31,539 bases of DNA from a virus (taxonomy: Duplodnaviria > Caudoviricetes), in the IMG/VR virus record IMGVR_UViG_3300027887_000006, positions 1 through 31,539 of that record; one strand, written 5' to 3'. The position numbers and the translations under genes were made by a program. The number at the start of each line of letters is the position of its first letter. Position 1 is the first letter of the stretch. This document shows, piece by piece, positions 15,982 through 25,764 of the stretch. The notes under the pieces were generated by a model, which saw only the letters and a list, made by a program, of their open reading frames with translations, was not told where the DNA came from and searched no databases.

Positions 15982-17178
15982 TTATGTCTCGAGCCAAAAT
16001 CCCCCACCAGGTTGTTTGAGGGTGGAGTCCTGTCTGACATCAAGAGTGGGATTGGTAGTCCCCGAATAAGACTTGTTGTAGTCAAGGTGGATTCTCCCGA
16101 CTGATCCATATCCCCCAGGTCTCGGATTTCCCGATCCCGAAGTGCCACCGAGTCCACCAGTAGAGACAATTTTGTTCGATCCGAGAGTGGCAGTCATTGA
16201 TTTTATCAGCACCGATCCACCAGCCCCACCACCACCAGCAGACCAGCCATCAGTCCCAGTGGTGATATTCCCACCCCGACCACCATAATCGTTGATAATT
16301 CCCGACAGACTTATATTTTTTGATAGGATGAAAACCAATCCACCACCAGAGCCACCAGTCCCACCACACGAAGCCCCCCATTCACCAGAGCCACCGCCAC
16401 CACCACCACCCAGATGCATTGAGGTAAGTCCAGCATTTCCGACAGCGACACCCCCGAGACAATTGATGGCATATCCAGGGGAAGTTTGACCAGCGAGAGC
16501 ATTTCCCCCACCGCCACCACCACCCCCAGCTTTCCCACATCCCCCACCATTCCCATTATTTTCACCAGCAGTCGCATTCCATCCAGCCCCGACATGACCA
16601 TCACCATTTCGAGTATTGGTAGCGGGGTTAGTGAAATCACCATTCCCCCCTTTGAAGCCACCACCGACACCACCAGGGGCATTATCGACCTGTATTTGAT
16701 TATCAGCCCCGATATTACCATTGGCGGTGATAGTCCCAGTGATAGAAGTAGTCCCCTGATCCAGTAGAAAAATGATCCCCCCAGTCCCAGCCGACCAAGT
16801 AGGGATGGTGAGAGTTGCAGAGATAGTGAGATTCTTGTAAGGTATAGCCAAGACACATTGTGCCCCGACACCATAGGTATTTTGAAGCGGATATTTCATG
16901 GTAGAGACAGTCCCAGTGATATCAAGGATTCGATTCAATTCCCAGTTACCAGCCCCAGTCCCTTGAGTTTGATGAATGAAACAACACCAGCCACCATATC
17001 CATTCCCCCATCCAGTAGGGGTAGTCAGAGTATATGATCCAGTCGATCCAGAACAGACCCCGAGATATCCACCGACACCAACCCCATAAGTCCCAGAAAT
17101 TGAAGCCGATCCAGCTTTCCCATTTCCGAATCCCTCTTTCCATTTTGATGTATCATCCGAACGGAATTGTCTCGACAT
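15982..17178 (-). CDS. Glycine-rich tail fibre/receptor-binding-like protein
   Basis: Many GGGGG/GG.GG tracts; at the end of the tail module. Confidence 0.75.
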   Translation of the reverse strand: MSRQFRSDDTSKWKEGFGNGKAGSASISGTYGVGVGGYLGVCSGSTGSYTLTTPTGWGNGYGGWCCFIHQTQGTGAGNWELNRILDITGTVSTMKYPLQNTYGVGAQCVLAIPYKNLTISATLTIPTWSAGTGGIIFLLDQGTTSITGTITANGNIGADNQIQVDNAPGGVGGGFKGGNGDFTNPATNTRNGDGHVGAGWNATAGENNGNGGGCGKAGGGGGGGGNALAGQTSPGYAINCLGGVAVGNAGLTSMHLGGGGGGGSGEWGASCGGTGGSGGGLVFILSKNISLSGIINDYGGRGGNITTGTDGWSAGGGGAGGSVLIKSMTATLGSNKIVSTGGLGGTSGSGNPRPGGYGSVGRIHLDYNKSYSGTTNPTLDVRQDSTLKQPGGGFWLET

Positions 17179-17185
17179 GATTTTT

Positions 17186-18130
17186 CTACTCCTCGGTAAC
17201 GACCACGCAATCCCACTTCACAGCAGTCGAATTGTAGATGAATCCGATATAGATATATTTTGATAGAGTGGTAGTAGTCGGTAAATCAGCCCCCCGAGCG
17301 ATATAGAGAGTGTCCCAGGTCAATGCTCTAGCAGTCCCATTATCAAGAATCCTCACGATCAATCGATTCCCATTAGTAGGAGTGCCACTCGGGTTAGAAA
17401 TAGTCAGAGCATTAGCGAGAGCGGTAACATAGACCTCATTGATTTTCCGATCCCCAGTAGGGACAACAGGCGAGGTAGTAGCGGTCGAGACTTGGGATGA
17501 AACATAAGCTCTGACCGACATTTGAGTAGGGACACATTGATCAGAGTTTGAGACCATATTATCCTCATCTTTGATCCAGCCATCAGCCAAAAGCGAGGTA
17601 TATAGATTAGGTGAATACATTTTCACTCTAGCTCTTTGATCCGAGATATTAGCAGTCAAAATCGATGAAGCCCCAGAAGCGATAGTTATATGAGCGAGTC
17701 TCATGAAAGGATTTGAAGCCCCGATTTGAGTCGAGATAGTCCCATCGACAGGGGCGACAGGCGAGGGGGCAGGTGTCCCTTGAACCACAGCCAATTTTGC
17801 GACCCCAGTCCCATCAGATACAGGCGAAGCCGACAGATCAATATACAAGACCAGAGCATCGATTCGAGGATTTCCCGATGAGTTTGATCCGATCACCACA
17901 TTCTCAATAGCAGTCGAGCGGATCGGGTAACAGTTAGTCCCGAGCGACACCGAGACAGCATAAGCCCGACCAGTAGCCACATTGACCGACATATTTGGAG
18001 TACCATTTTGAGAGACCCCAAAATCAGAAGCACCGACCACACCAGAAGCGAGAGTTTCATCAGTATAGAATTGTAAGACGGAAGTCTCTGGGTGAAATGA
18101 AGCCCCAGATCGTAATGTATATAGAGCCAT
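17186..18130 (-). CDS. Tail tip/fibre-associated structural protein
   Basis: PNMSVNVATGRAY, NPRIDALV and LAHITI motifs typical of fibre-base proteins, plus a C-terminal beta domain. Confidence 0.75.
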   Translation of the reverse strand: MALYTLRSGASFHPETSVLQFYTDETLASGVVGASDFGVSQNGTPNMSVNVATGRAYAVSVSLGTNCYPIRSTAIENVVIGSNSSGNPRIDALVLYIDLSASPVSDGTGVAKLAVVQGTPAPSPVAPVDGTISTQIGASNPFMRLAHITIASGASSILTANISDQRARVKMYSPNLYTSLLADGWIKDEDNMVSNSDQCVPTQMSVRAYVSSQVSTATTSPVVPTGDRKINEVYVTALANALTISNPSGTPTNGNRLIVRILDNGTARALTWDTLYIARGADLPTTTTLSKYIYIGFIYNSTAVKWDCVVVTEE

Positions 18131-18168
18131 ATACTCCCATTCTATCCGATCATCATCGGATCGTTATA
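18128..18168 (-). promoter_or_regulatory. Late-type leaderless promoter
   Basis: TATAA-N19-TAGAAT-GGGAGTAT-ATG. Confidence 0.8.
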
Positions 18169-18378
18169 CTATTTCTTGACTTTATTTTTTCCTTTGACAT
18201 TATTGACATCTGATTCAATATCCCCCTGATTATCTTCAAGGACATTTTTCGAGACTTTGACAGCATATCTTTTGCCGAGATCATCCAGAATCATCTCAAA
18301 ATAGTTGTCAGGAGTATAGCCAAGATCAGAGATGATCTCTTCATATTCATCCGATAATTCAATAGTGAGTGTAGTCAT
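18169..18378 (-). CDS. 69-aa hypothetical protein
   Basis: RBS AAAGGA; fits the gene tiling. Confidence 0.65.
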   Translation of the reverse strand: MTTLTIELSDEYEEIISDLGYTPDNYFEMILDDLGKRYAVKVSKNVLEDNQGDIESDVNNVKGKNKVKK

Positions 18379-18392
18379 GATTCAGTCCTTTC

Positions 18393-18623
18393 TTATGGTG
18401 TAGTATTGATAACTCTCACCGATCCATTATGGAATACTTTGATTTGGTTAGAGACAGAGTTTCGCCACATCTGACCATTCACAGGAGAAGCAGGGTCAGA
18501 GGTATAAGAGGGGAGAACGAAAGAACCACTCGAGGGAAGAGCGATATTCTTGATCGATACAGCTCTTTCAAGAGCATCGAGCCGACTATTGATTTCTTTC
18601 AAGATTTTGATGAACTCATCCAT
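18393..18623 (-). CDS. 76-aa tail-tip accessory protein
   Basis: SDPASPVNGQMWRN motif typical of fibre/baseplate linkers. Confidence 0.65.
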   Translation of the reverse strand: MDEFIKILKEINSRLDALERAVSIKNIALPSSGSFVLPSYTSDPASPVNGQMWRNSVSNQIKVFHNGSVRVINTTP

Positions 18624-18624
18624 A

Positions 18625-19674
18625 TTATTTGAATCTCACAGTTACAAGGCACAAGCCTTGAGTGTCGATGGTAATCTGTCTTGATAATACTCGTTTATAT
18701 TCATTATTGATATCGACCTCATCCAGCTTGACCCTCAAGAGATCACCGATATCATAATTGAGAATATCGGGATCACCATCAGTATGTTGAATCCGAAAAT
18801 CCAGCATCGGTGATTGGTTATCAATGAGATATTTGTCCCCCTTATCATTGAGGTTAGCGACAGTCCCAGTATCTCTTTCATTGACAGTCCCCTCAAGAGT
18901 TTTGAAAGCCGATCTATAAGCGACATCAGCAGTCCTCAAGACCCATTGAAGTGCATCATCATATCCCTCACCCAAGACATAGACCTTGTTAGTCAGATTG
19001 AGAATGAGCGGTTTTTGAAATCCCCATGAGCGAATGTTTCCCTTATCAAGAAAAATCTCTGGTCGATTCATTCCCTTAGATGGGTAGAACACATTGAAAT
19101 TGGAGTTGTTATCGACCTCAAAATCGAAGCCATTTTTCAGATTATCAGCCGACATCTTATAGATAGAATCATGAACCTCTGAAAATCTGAAAGTCCGATC
19201 CCGACTGACCGAGGTTTGAATCAATCCTTGAACTATCCCGAAGCTCGAATAGGGGACATCACTCAATTGAGATTCATTGATCAGAGTCCAGGCAATAGTC
19301 CCAGCATCAGTAGCGACAAAAGTCCGAAGCGACCCAGTGAATCTTTTTTTCAGCATAGTCGAAAGACCAACAGAAGCGACATCGATAGTGAGAAGCCCCT
19401 TATCATCTTTCCCCAGAATGAAATCAGTGATCACCCCGAGGTAAATCTTGGTCATGTTTTTGGTAACATAGATAGTCCGAATCCCAGCAGTCAAAAGGAA
19501 CATGACGGTAGTCGAATAAGCATCACAGATTTTCTCGACATCACTATAGGCGAGTTTGAATCTAGCATTTTTCCCGACATTCAATTGATCAGTGAAATCG
19601 AGATTGAGATAGGGGATTTCAAAAATATCTCCCGAAGCATATTGAATGAAGAGCTGGTAAGTAGGATTTGTCAT
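18625..19674 (-). CDS. Siphovirus tail hub/Tal-like (ReqiPepy6 Gp37-like) protein
   Basis: Follows the Dit gene; NKVYVLGEG and YDIGDLLRV motifs. Confidence 0.75.
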   Translation of the reverse strand: MTNPTYQLFIQYASGDIFEIPYLNLDFTDQLNVGKNARFKLAYSDVEKICDAYSTTVMFLLTAGIRTIYVTKNMTKIYLGVITDFILGKDDKGLLTIDVASVGLSTMLKKRFTGSLRTFVATDAGTIAWTLINESQLSDVPYSSFGIVQGLIQTSVSRDRTFRFSEVHDSIYKMSADNLKNGFDFEVDNNSNFNVFYPSKGMNRPEIFLDKGNIRSWGFQKPLILNLTNKVYVLGEGYDDALQWVLRTADVAYRSAFKTLEGTVNERDTGTVANLNDKGDKYLIDNQSPMLDFRIQHTDGDPDILNYDIGDLLRVKLDEVDINNEYKRVLSRQITIDTQGLCLVTVRFK

Positions 19675-20507
19675 ATTCCGTAATAGTGATCCCGAGCGAT
19701 AATTTGACAGTTGCCCCCGATCACCGATGAGCCGAGCCGAATGACATTAGCACCAGGGGGCAAGACCCAGAAATCACCCGAAGCATACTGTCTGCCATTG
19801 AGAGCGGTAATATATGGATCAATCAAGACAGTCCTCAAGAAAGTATCGACCAGAATCTTGTTTGATCCCGAAGCCAGTGAATAGGATATATTGAGCGTTT
19901 CACCAGTGGTTACATTCATGAGCGAGGGATTTTGAAGCGGTCCAGTGAATAGAAATTGAGGATATGCCGGGGCATTTCCCCCCTGATTGATAGTGATCTC
20001 ATTCGATCCCCCACCCCCCATGTCCATCGGAATGATCATAGGGATAGCCATTCCCCCCCCACCATAGACATAAGCGGTAGAGGTTACAAGAAATTGATCT
20101 TGTAAGAAAGGATATTCGGTTTCCATCTCGATACGATAGACCGATGAAATAGTCTCTCTCGAATCAATATCCGAAGTGATATCGACTCCCTTGATAGCGA
20201 TTTGAAGATCAGTCCCATTATCTTTATTGATGAAGAGAGTTTGAGTCCCAGCATTGAGAGCATCAGCGATCAGAGCGGTGAAAGTCTCTCGAGCGGTAGC
20301 CAGTCCCGAGAAAGTAGTCGATCCGATAGTGAACTCGAGAGCGAACTTATATGAGGCGAAGTTTGATGGTGAGACCGATTGACCCCCGAATCCAGCCTTT
20401 CGAGTAGCCGAGTATTGAATGAAAGGGAATGATAGATTTTTGATCGAGGTGAGAATCCGATCATTAGCATCCAATTGAGTAGTGTTGAGAAAAATAGAGG
20501 TGATCAT
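19671..20507 (-). CDS. Distal tail protein (Dit)
   Basis: Follows the tape measure gene; NQGGNAPAYPQFLFTGPLQNP and FWVLPPGANVI motifs. Confidence 0.8.
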   Translation of the reverse strand: MITSIFLNTTQLDANDRILTSIKNLSFPFIQYSATRKAGFGGQSVSPSNFASYKFALEFTIGSTTFSGLATARETFTALIADALNAGTQTLFINKDNGTDLQIAIKGVDITSDIDSRETISSVYRIEMETEYPFLQDQFLVTSTAYVYGGGGMAIPMIIPMDMGGGGSNEITINQGGNAPAYPQFLFTGPLQNPSLMNVTTGETLNISYSLASGSNKILVDTFLRTVLIDPYITALNGRQYASGDFWVLPPGANVIRLGSSVIGGNCQIIARDHYYGI

Positions 20508-22738
20508 CGGCTATTCCTTAGAGCGAAAGCGACACGATCTCCCAAAAGATTCATGTCCAGTGAATCATTCACATTCGCCTGTATATTGATAGGTTGATTG
20601 AATACTTGTTCGACAGATGAGGGGACAGATTTTCGACCTTGAAGCATATCGGTTGAAGCGACAAACTCTCCCCGATGGAGAAGTGCCAATCCAGTTTGAG
20701 GCACGAATCCCCCCTCTTGAAAGGATTGAACATTCATTTTGCCGACAGCGATATCCGCAGCCTCTCTCGCCTTATTGATGAGCGATTGAAAGGTAGTGAT
20801 CACTCCCTCAATGATCCCTTTGACAAAATTGAATCTCTCGACCCACTTATTGACCCATGCTTCACCGATTGAAATCAATGAATCGAAAGCACTAGAGAAG
20901 ATGGGGACAATAGTATCTTTGAACCAATTGACGAATATATTGATCACATTCTTGATGAAATTGATTTGAACCATCCAGAGATTGACCCAGACCATCACGA
21001 TTGATTTCAAGACCTCGAACCCAGCCGATAGGACAGGGACTACATTCGACATGAACCATGAGGCGAATTGTTGAATCAAAATCCATATTCCCTGAAAGGC
21101 GATCATCCATGCCGAAGCCCAGATTTGAACCAGCGACATGAGGAGAGCGAATATGCCTTGAAATATGGGTAACAGATATGTAGAAAACCAATCGACAAAA
21201 GGTTGAACCACCAGCATGACAGCTTGAAAGCCGAGAATGAATCCATCGACAAGAGATTGGAGAAAGACTTTGATCATATCGAAAGCGGTCATGATTCCAG
21301 GTAATACAGTCCCAGAAAACCAAGCGACAAAAGCCCCGACTTTTTCTTGAATCCCAAACCAGTTTTGAGTCCAGGCAAGAGTCAGAAGAGCGATCAATCC
21401 GATAATAGCCCCGATGATCAGAGTCAATGGGCCACCAAGTACAGCGACCACCGCCCCGATAGCCGATCCGACCCCAGCGAATATAGTCCCGATCCCAGCG
21501 AATACTCCCGACAATGCACCGACAGCGGTGATGATCGAGCCGATAGATGAAATCAGAGTCCCGACAATCACTAGCACAGGTCCGATCACAGCCAAAAAAG
21601 CCCCGAATGCGACAATGGCAGTCGAGACTTTGGGATCGAGATTTGAAAACCAAGTGGCGAGTTTGTTGATTGAATCAATCACCGACATGATAGTAGGTCT
21701 CATTTTGTCGAATATATCAAGCATAGTTTGACCCAGTGGTTGAAGTGCGAGGGTAACTTGATTTTTCATTTGAGCCATTCTTTCATTGAAGCTCATAGTG
21801 TTAGCGGAAGTTTGATCCAGCACTCCCCCAGCATTTTCAAGAGCCTTGACCATTGAATCGATCTCGAAAGTCCCAGCCCTGATTTGACCAGCGAGTTTGT
21901 ACCCAGCTCTAGCACCGAATAAGTCAGAAGCGATTGAGACAGCCTCGAGATCAGTAGGGGCTTTTTTGATCTTCTCGATATAACTATTGAGAGCCTCTTC
22001 TGCCGACTTGAATCCCTTTGATGATAGATTCGATAAGGCTCTCCCCATCGACATCATCACCTCTTCTGGTTTAGCACCAGATTTTTCAAGTTGTGCCAAA
22101 AGAGCGATTGTTTGAGTAACAGAAAATCCGAGTGTCTTGAATGCCGGGGCAGAATCAGCGACCATAGTGGCGAGATTCCCAGCATTAGCACCAGATTTTT
22201 GAGAAGCGAGAGTCAATTGATCGAGATACATATTGAGATCAGCGACATTCCCACCAGTAGCTTTCAGCATCCGACCCAGACCCTCGACAGCACTCGAGGC
22301 ATCGATCTCATTCACCCGAGCGAAAGTCAAGACAGCTCTTGAGGCAGATTCCAATTCTCCCCCAGTGAGACCCAGCCTTTGATTCAGTCCCTTGATGGCA
22401 TCAGCGATATCACCGAAAGATTGAGTTGCCGACATTCCGACATCTTTCAAGACTCCCTGCATCTCGAGCATAGCATCACCCGAGACCCCAGTCCCAGCCA
22501 CGATTGAATCCATAGCCTCATCAAACTGATTCCCAGCGATAATGGCAGCAGACCCGACAGCAGTCAGAGGGAGAGTGAGTCCCATCGTCATTGATTTTCC
22601 TAGAGATGAAATTGATCCCCCGACATTCTTGAACTTTTTGTCTAGTCCCTCGACAGTAGTCCCCACCCCATCCAGCACTTTTGAAGCATCATCTTGAGCA
22701 GAAATCACCACTGATAATTCTTTGGAATCGAAAGCCAT
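20504..22738 (-). CDS. Tape measure protein (TP901-like core)
   Basis: ISAQDDAS start, GKSMTMGLTLPL, and Ala/Gly helices with W/F-periodic repeats. Confidence 0.92.
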   Translation of the reverse strand: MAFDSKELSVVISAQDDASKVLDGVGTTVEGLDKKFKNVGGSISSLGKSMTMGLTLPLTAVGSAAIIAGNQFDEAMDSIVAGTGVSGDAMLEMQGVLKDVGMSATQSFGDIADAIKGLNQRLGLTGGELESASRAVLTFARVNEIDASSAVEGLGRMLKATGGNVADLNMYLDQLTLASQKSGANAGNLATMVADSAPAFKTLGFSVTQTIALLAQLEKSGAKPEEVMMSMGRALSNLSSKGFKSAEEALNSYIEKIKKAPTDLEAVSIASDLFGARAGYKLAGQIRAGTFEIDSMVKALENAGGVLDQTSANTMSFNERMAQMKNQVTLALQPLGQTMLDIFDKMRPTIMSVIDSINKLATWFSNLDPKVSTAIVAFGAFLAVIGPVLVIVGTLISSIGSIITAVGALSGVFAGIGTIFAGVGSAIGAVVAVLGGPLTLIIGAIIGLIALLTLAWTQNWFGIQEKVGAFVAWFSGTVLPGIMTAFDMIKVFLQSLVDGFILGFQAVMLVVQPFVDWFSTYLLPIFQGIFALLMSLVQIWASAWMIAFQGIWILIQQFASWFMSNVVPVLSAGFEVLKSIVMVWVNLWMVQINFIKNVINIFVNWFKDTIVPIFSSAFDSLISIGEAWVNKWVERFNFVKGIIEGVITTFQSLINKAREAADIAVGKMNVQSFQEGGFVPQTGLALLHRGEFVASTDMLQGRKSVPSSVEQVFNQPINIQANVNDSLDMNLLGDRVAFALRNSR

Positions 22739-22776
22739 ATACTTTCATTCTACCCGACCATTCTCCCGATCTTATA
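22736..22776 (-). promoter_or_regulatory. Late-type leaderless promoter of the tape measure gene
   Basis: TATAA-N19-TAGAAT-GAAAGTAT-ATG. Confidence 0.8.
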
Positions 22777-22778
22777 TG

Positions 22779-23033
22779 TTACCGCCTACCCCGATTGACT
22801 GATCGATATTGAGGTCGATTTTTCATCCGATCCTTTTTCATGTTAGCCTCTTCTGCCTTAGATTTTCCCTCAAGATAGGCAGGATATTTCAAGACCCACC
22901 AGAGAGGCTGTTTGATGAGATCAGTGTAAGAAAGATGTAAGACATCACACAAGAGAATCACTTGAAGATCATCAGTGAGATTGATATTTTTCGAGTAGAA
23001 AGCCTTGAAAACCGATTGAGAAATCAACTCCCC
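22779..23033 (-). CDS. Tail assembly chaperone -1 frameshift extension (gpT-like)
   Basis: Lies in the -1 frame relative to 23024..23350 after A AAA AAG; no ATG start of its own. Confidence 0.75.
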   Translation of the reverse strand, partial: GELISQSVFKAFYSKNINLTDDLQVILLCDVLHLSYTDLIKQPLWWVLKYPAYLEGKSKAEEANMKKDRMKNRPQYRSVNRGRR

Positions 23034-23350
23034 TTTTTTTTTGAGAGTCCTTGGAGTTTTGACATAGAATCAATTTTTTTCTCGACCATCAATCCATCTT
23101 CTCTCGGCATATCCATAATAGCACCGACAGGATTTTCAGCGACTTTCCCATCGGGCATGATCACTTTTTGAACCAGGATTTCAAGAGCTTTTTGATTGAC
23201 CTCTAGCACCGATCCAGCATTGATATGTTGAAGCCCAGCACCAGTGAACTCTGCCGAAGCGACCATCTGTTTTTGAAGTTGGATATATTCACCATAAGAG
23301 AGATCATCTTTGCACTCGACCACATAACCAGCAGGGGTATTGATTATCAT
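23024..23350 (-). CDS. Tail assembly chaperone (gpG-like)
   Basis: Between tail tube and tape measure genes; ends TCA AAA AAA AAG GGG AGT TGA. Confidence 0.8.
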   Translation of the reverse strand: MIINTPAGYVVECKDDLSYGEYIQLQKQMVASAEFTGAGLQHINAGSVLEVNQKALEILVQKVIMPDGKVAENPVGAIMDMPREDGLMVEKKIDSMSKLQGLSKKKGS

Positions 23351-23356
23351 GAGACC

Positions 23357-23385
23357 AATCTATCACCGATTGATATCAATGGCAA
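23357..23385 (-). promoter_or_regulatory. sigma70-type leaderless promoter with TTGATATCAA box
   Basis: TTGCCA-TTGATATCAATCGGTGA(17)-TAGATT-N6-ATG. Confidence 0.7.
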
Positions 23386-23387
23386 GA

Positions 23388-24335
23388 CTAGATGTAAGAG
23401 GCGACCTCATTAGTCAAGACAAAATCGACCAGCTTAGAGGTAACTGAATCATAGATTCCCTCGAACTCGACTGTCAAAAGGTTGTAGTCATTTCCGAGAG
23501 GAGTTTCAGCAGTAGTGTAGATCACCTTGGGAACATTGATATTGAACCGATAGAATGATCCGACACCGATAGCTTTCCCAGTCAATTCAAGAGTGAGAGC
23601 CGATTCAGAAGCCGAAAGATATTTGGTCATTTCAGCGAGGGTGATGTTATCAAGATACATCTCGAATGATCCAGTCATTTCCGATCCATTGAGATAGACG
23701 AATTGAGGATCATTTGAATTGAGGACATATTTCAAACCGAGATTATTCTTGTAATCAAACTCAAACTTCTGCATCTCTTGAATAGCGACCCCATCGATTT
23801 TGACCACAGCATTGACAAAATTATAGTCAGGAGTGTCAGTATAGACAGGAGTGATAGCAGTAGCGGAAGCCTGACTCTTTGCCATCATCGAAGCGGTAGC
23901 GGTAACGATTTCCCCAGGATTTCCCGAGACCTTGAACTCCTGACAGATAGCACCAGCATATCGTCTGACATTATCACCGATTTTCTGTTCGATAGTGAGC
24001 GAGGGTTTTGATTCCGATTCAGAGAAAGTATGGTCATAGACCACAGTTTCACCCGAAGCGAGAGCGGATGAGACATCACCGATAGCAGTCAAGAGAAAGA
24101 ATCCAGAATGATCAGGATTCAATGAGAACTCAAAATCTCCCTCATGAGAGCGATTTCCCACGAAAGATGCTTGATTCTTAGCCAAGCGACCTCTCACCGA
24201 TTCAACGAATTGAATATCCTGTTGAGTCTGAATCCCACCAGTAAAATTGACGGGCATCGACTTGTCAGGGGTAACAGGAGTCCCCCAGACGGATTCTCTT
24301 TTGAAAGAGATGGCATTCAAGATTTGGTTACTCAT
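23388..24335 (-). CDS. Tail tube protein
   Basis: RESVWGTPVTP, YDHTF, SLTIE and YKNNL motifs; position in the tail operon. Confidence 0.85.
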   Translation of the reverse strand: MSNQILNAISFKRESVWGTPVTPDKSMPVNFTGGIQTQQDIQFVESVRGRLAKNQASFVGNRSHEGDFEFSLNPDHSGFFLLTAIGDVSSALASGETVVYDHTFSESESKPSLTIEQKIGDNVRRYAGAICQEFKVSGNPGEIVTATASMMAKSQASATAITPVYTDTPDYNFVNAVVKIDGVAIQEMQKFEFDYKNNLGLKYVLNSNDPQFVYLNGSEMTGSFEMYLDNITLAEMTKYLSASESALTLELTGKAIGVGSFYRFNINVPKVIYTTAETPLGNDYNLLTVEFEGIYDSVTSKLVDFVLTNEVASYI

Positions 24336-24499
24336 ATCTTATCCCCCTTTGATTTTTTCTTGATATCTTTGTCATGTCCCTCTTTCAGTTTGAAATCAGG
24401 ATGGTTGATAACGAGATTTGTCTCAAAAGTTTCACCAGGTTTGACCTGACCGAATCCATCAATACTGACTTTGACAGCACCGATGTATTTGTATTCCAT
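24332..24499 (-). CDS. 55-aa virion-associated protein (not in ORF track)
   Basis: MEYKYIGAVKVSIDGFGQVKPGETFET...; starts at a late promoter and has an ATGA overlap with the tail tube gene. Confidence 0.75.
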   Translation of the reverse strand: MEYKYIGAVKVSIDGFGQVKPGETFETNLVINHPDFKLKEGHDKDIKKKSKGDKI

Positions 24500-24537
24500 A
24501 TACCCTCATTCTATTATGTTACTTGGTAATCGTTATA
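24497..24537 (-). promoter_or_regulatory. Late-type leaderless promoter
   Basis: TATAA-N19-TAGAAT-GAGGGTAT-ATG. Confidence 0.8.
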
Positions 24538-24547
24538 TATTTTTCAA

Positions 24548-24949
24548 TTAGCGAGGCAGTCTTTTGAGACATTCGATCACGATCTCGACCACTCTGACAG
24601 GGACTTCTCTTTCCTGGTAAGCCCAGTTTCCCGATATAGGTCGAGCAAAATCACAAGACCCAGAGAGCGAAGTGTTCGCCTCAATAGTCGAGATCACCTG
24701 ATCAGCCAAGTCTCGAAGCACTCCCTCGGCATCTTGAGCGGTATCAGTCCGAAAATATAATCGAATAGTGAATCGAAAGATTCTCTGATTCGAAGCAGTC
24801 GAGGAGAAAGTGTCAGAGTGAGAGGTAGCGGTAACAGTACCACAGGGATATTTCAGAAGCTCTTTTGGTTCATAATTATAGACTTGATTGAAATCAGTGA
24901 TCCCTTGAAGAGTCGAATAGATAGCCGATCCGATTGATGAGTAGCTCAT
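24548..24949 (-). CDS. Tail terminator/completion protein
   Basis: Size and position after the gp10-like gene. Confidence 0.7.
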   Translation of the reverse strand: MSYSSIGSAIYSTLQGITDFNQVYNYEPKELLKYPCGTVTATSHSDTFSSTASNQRIFRFTIRLYFRTDTAQDAEGVLRDLADQVISTIEANTSLSGSCDFARPISGNWAYQEREVPVRVVEIVIECLKRLPR

Positions 24950-25431
24950 ACACCAGCCCCCAGATGATTGATAATTTCTCCCGAAGCCTCTTTCAGCCGA
25001 GATTCAAAAATAGGAGTGATCTCATCCCGAGCTTTCTGCATGAACTTTCTAGGTTTCGATCCTTTGACTGACTTAGCGAAAATCCATTTCCCTGATTTTG
25101 ATTTCCATCGAAGCATCTTTGCCCTCTTAGGTCTGATCGGTCCATTCCCAGCATATACACCAGTCCCCATTTCTTGATAGACAGCATATTTGAGATTTGA
25201 TCCGACCACAGCCATCATGGGATTTTGAGATGGTTGAGCGAAAGTGATCCCAGATGAAAGCGAAGCTCTCAATGCCCCCTTATCAATCGGGGCATAATTC
25301 CGAGCGATCCGAGTGAATGTAACAGCGGTCTCATTCACAGCCCGAGCCATTCTTGATCTGACAAACTCATCCGAACTCTTGAGAAGATCAGCGAATTGAG
25401 AAGCACCATCGATTTGAACGAATAACTGCAT
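24946..25431 (-). CDS. HK97 gp10-like neck protein
   Basis: APIDKGALRAS, SNLKYAVYQEMGTG and KPRKFMQKA motifs. Confidence 0.88.
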   Translation of the reverse strand: MQLFVQIDGASQFADLLKSSDEFVRSRMARAVNETAVTFTRIARNYAPIDKGALRASLSSGITFAQPSQNPMMAVVGSNLKYAVYQEMGTGVYAGNGPIRPKRAKMLRWKSKSGKWIFAKSVKGSKPRKFMQKARDEITPIFESRLKEASGEIINHLGAGV

Positions 25432-25434
25432 AGG

Positions 25435-25764
25435 TCAATTTCCCTCTACTTTTTCACCGACCATCTGTTGATATTTCAAGACAGTAGTCGAGACTTTTTG
25501 AACATCCCCCCGAATGATGAAAGTCCCCAGCGATCCGACCAGCTTATCCCCATTTTTGATCAGTCCCATTTCATAGACAAAAATCTCATTGAGAGTATAT
25601 GAGGATTCACCAGGATAGACAGCGAGAATGTCCGAACCCGCAGGCATTATTTGAGCCTTGATCCCAGTGAATGCCGGGGTAGCGGAGTATGCCTCTTTGT
25701 CCCCAGTCCGAGTCAATCGATAGATCGAGACAGTATCATTGGTGAGTAGAAATCCTTGAGCCAT
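25435..25764 (-). CDS. Head closure/stopper protein
   Basis: Size and position; IKNGDKL motif. Confidence 0.7.
   Translation of the reverse strand: MAQGFLLTNDTVSIYRLTRTGDKEAYSATPAFTGIKAQIMPAGSDILAVYPGESSYTLNEIFVYEMGLIKNGDKLVGSLGTFIIRGDVQKVSTTVLKYQQMVGEKVEGN

Noticed and set aside
16311-16874. 187-aa alternative-frame ORF in the Gly-rich gene
   Set aside because: It is a Val/Met-rich frame shadow of GGN codon runs.
20892-21653. 253-aa alternative-frame ORF inside the tape measure gene
   Set aside because: It is a C/R/W-rich shadow of the hydrophobic repeat region, with no domain signal.
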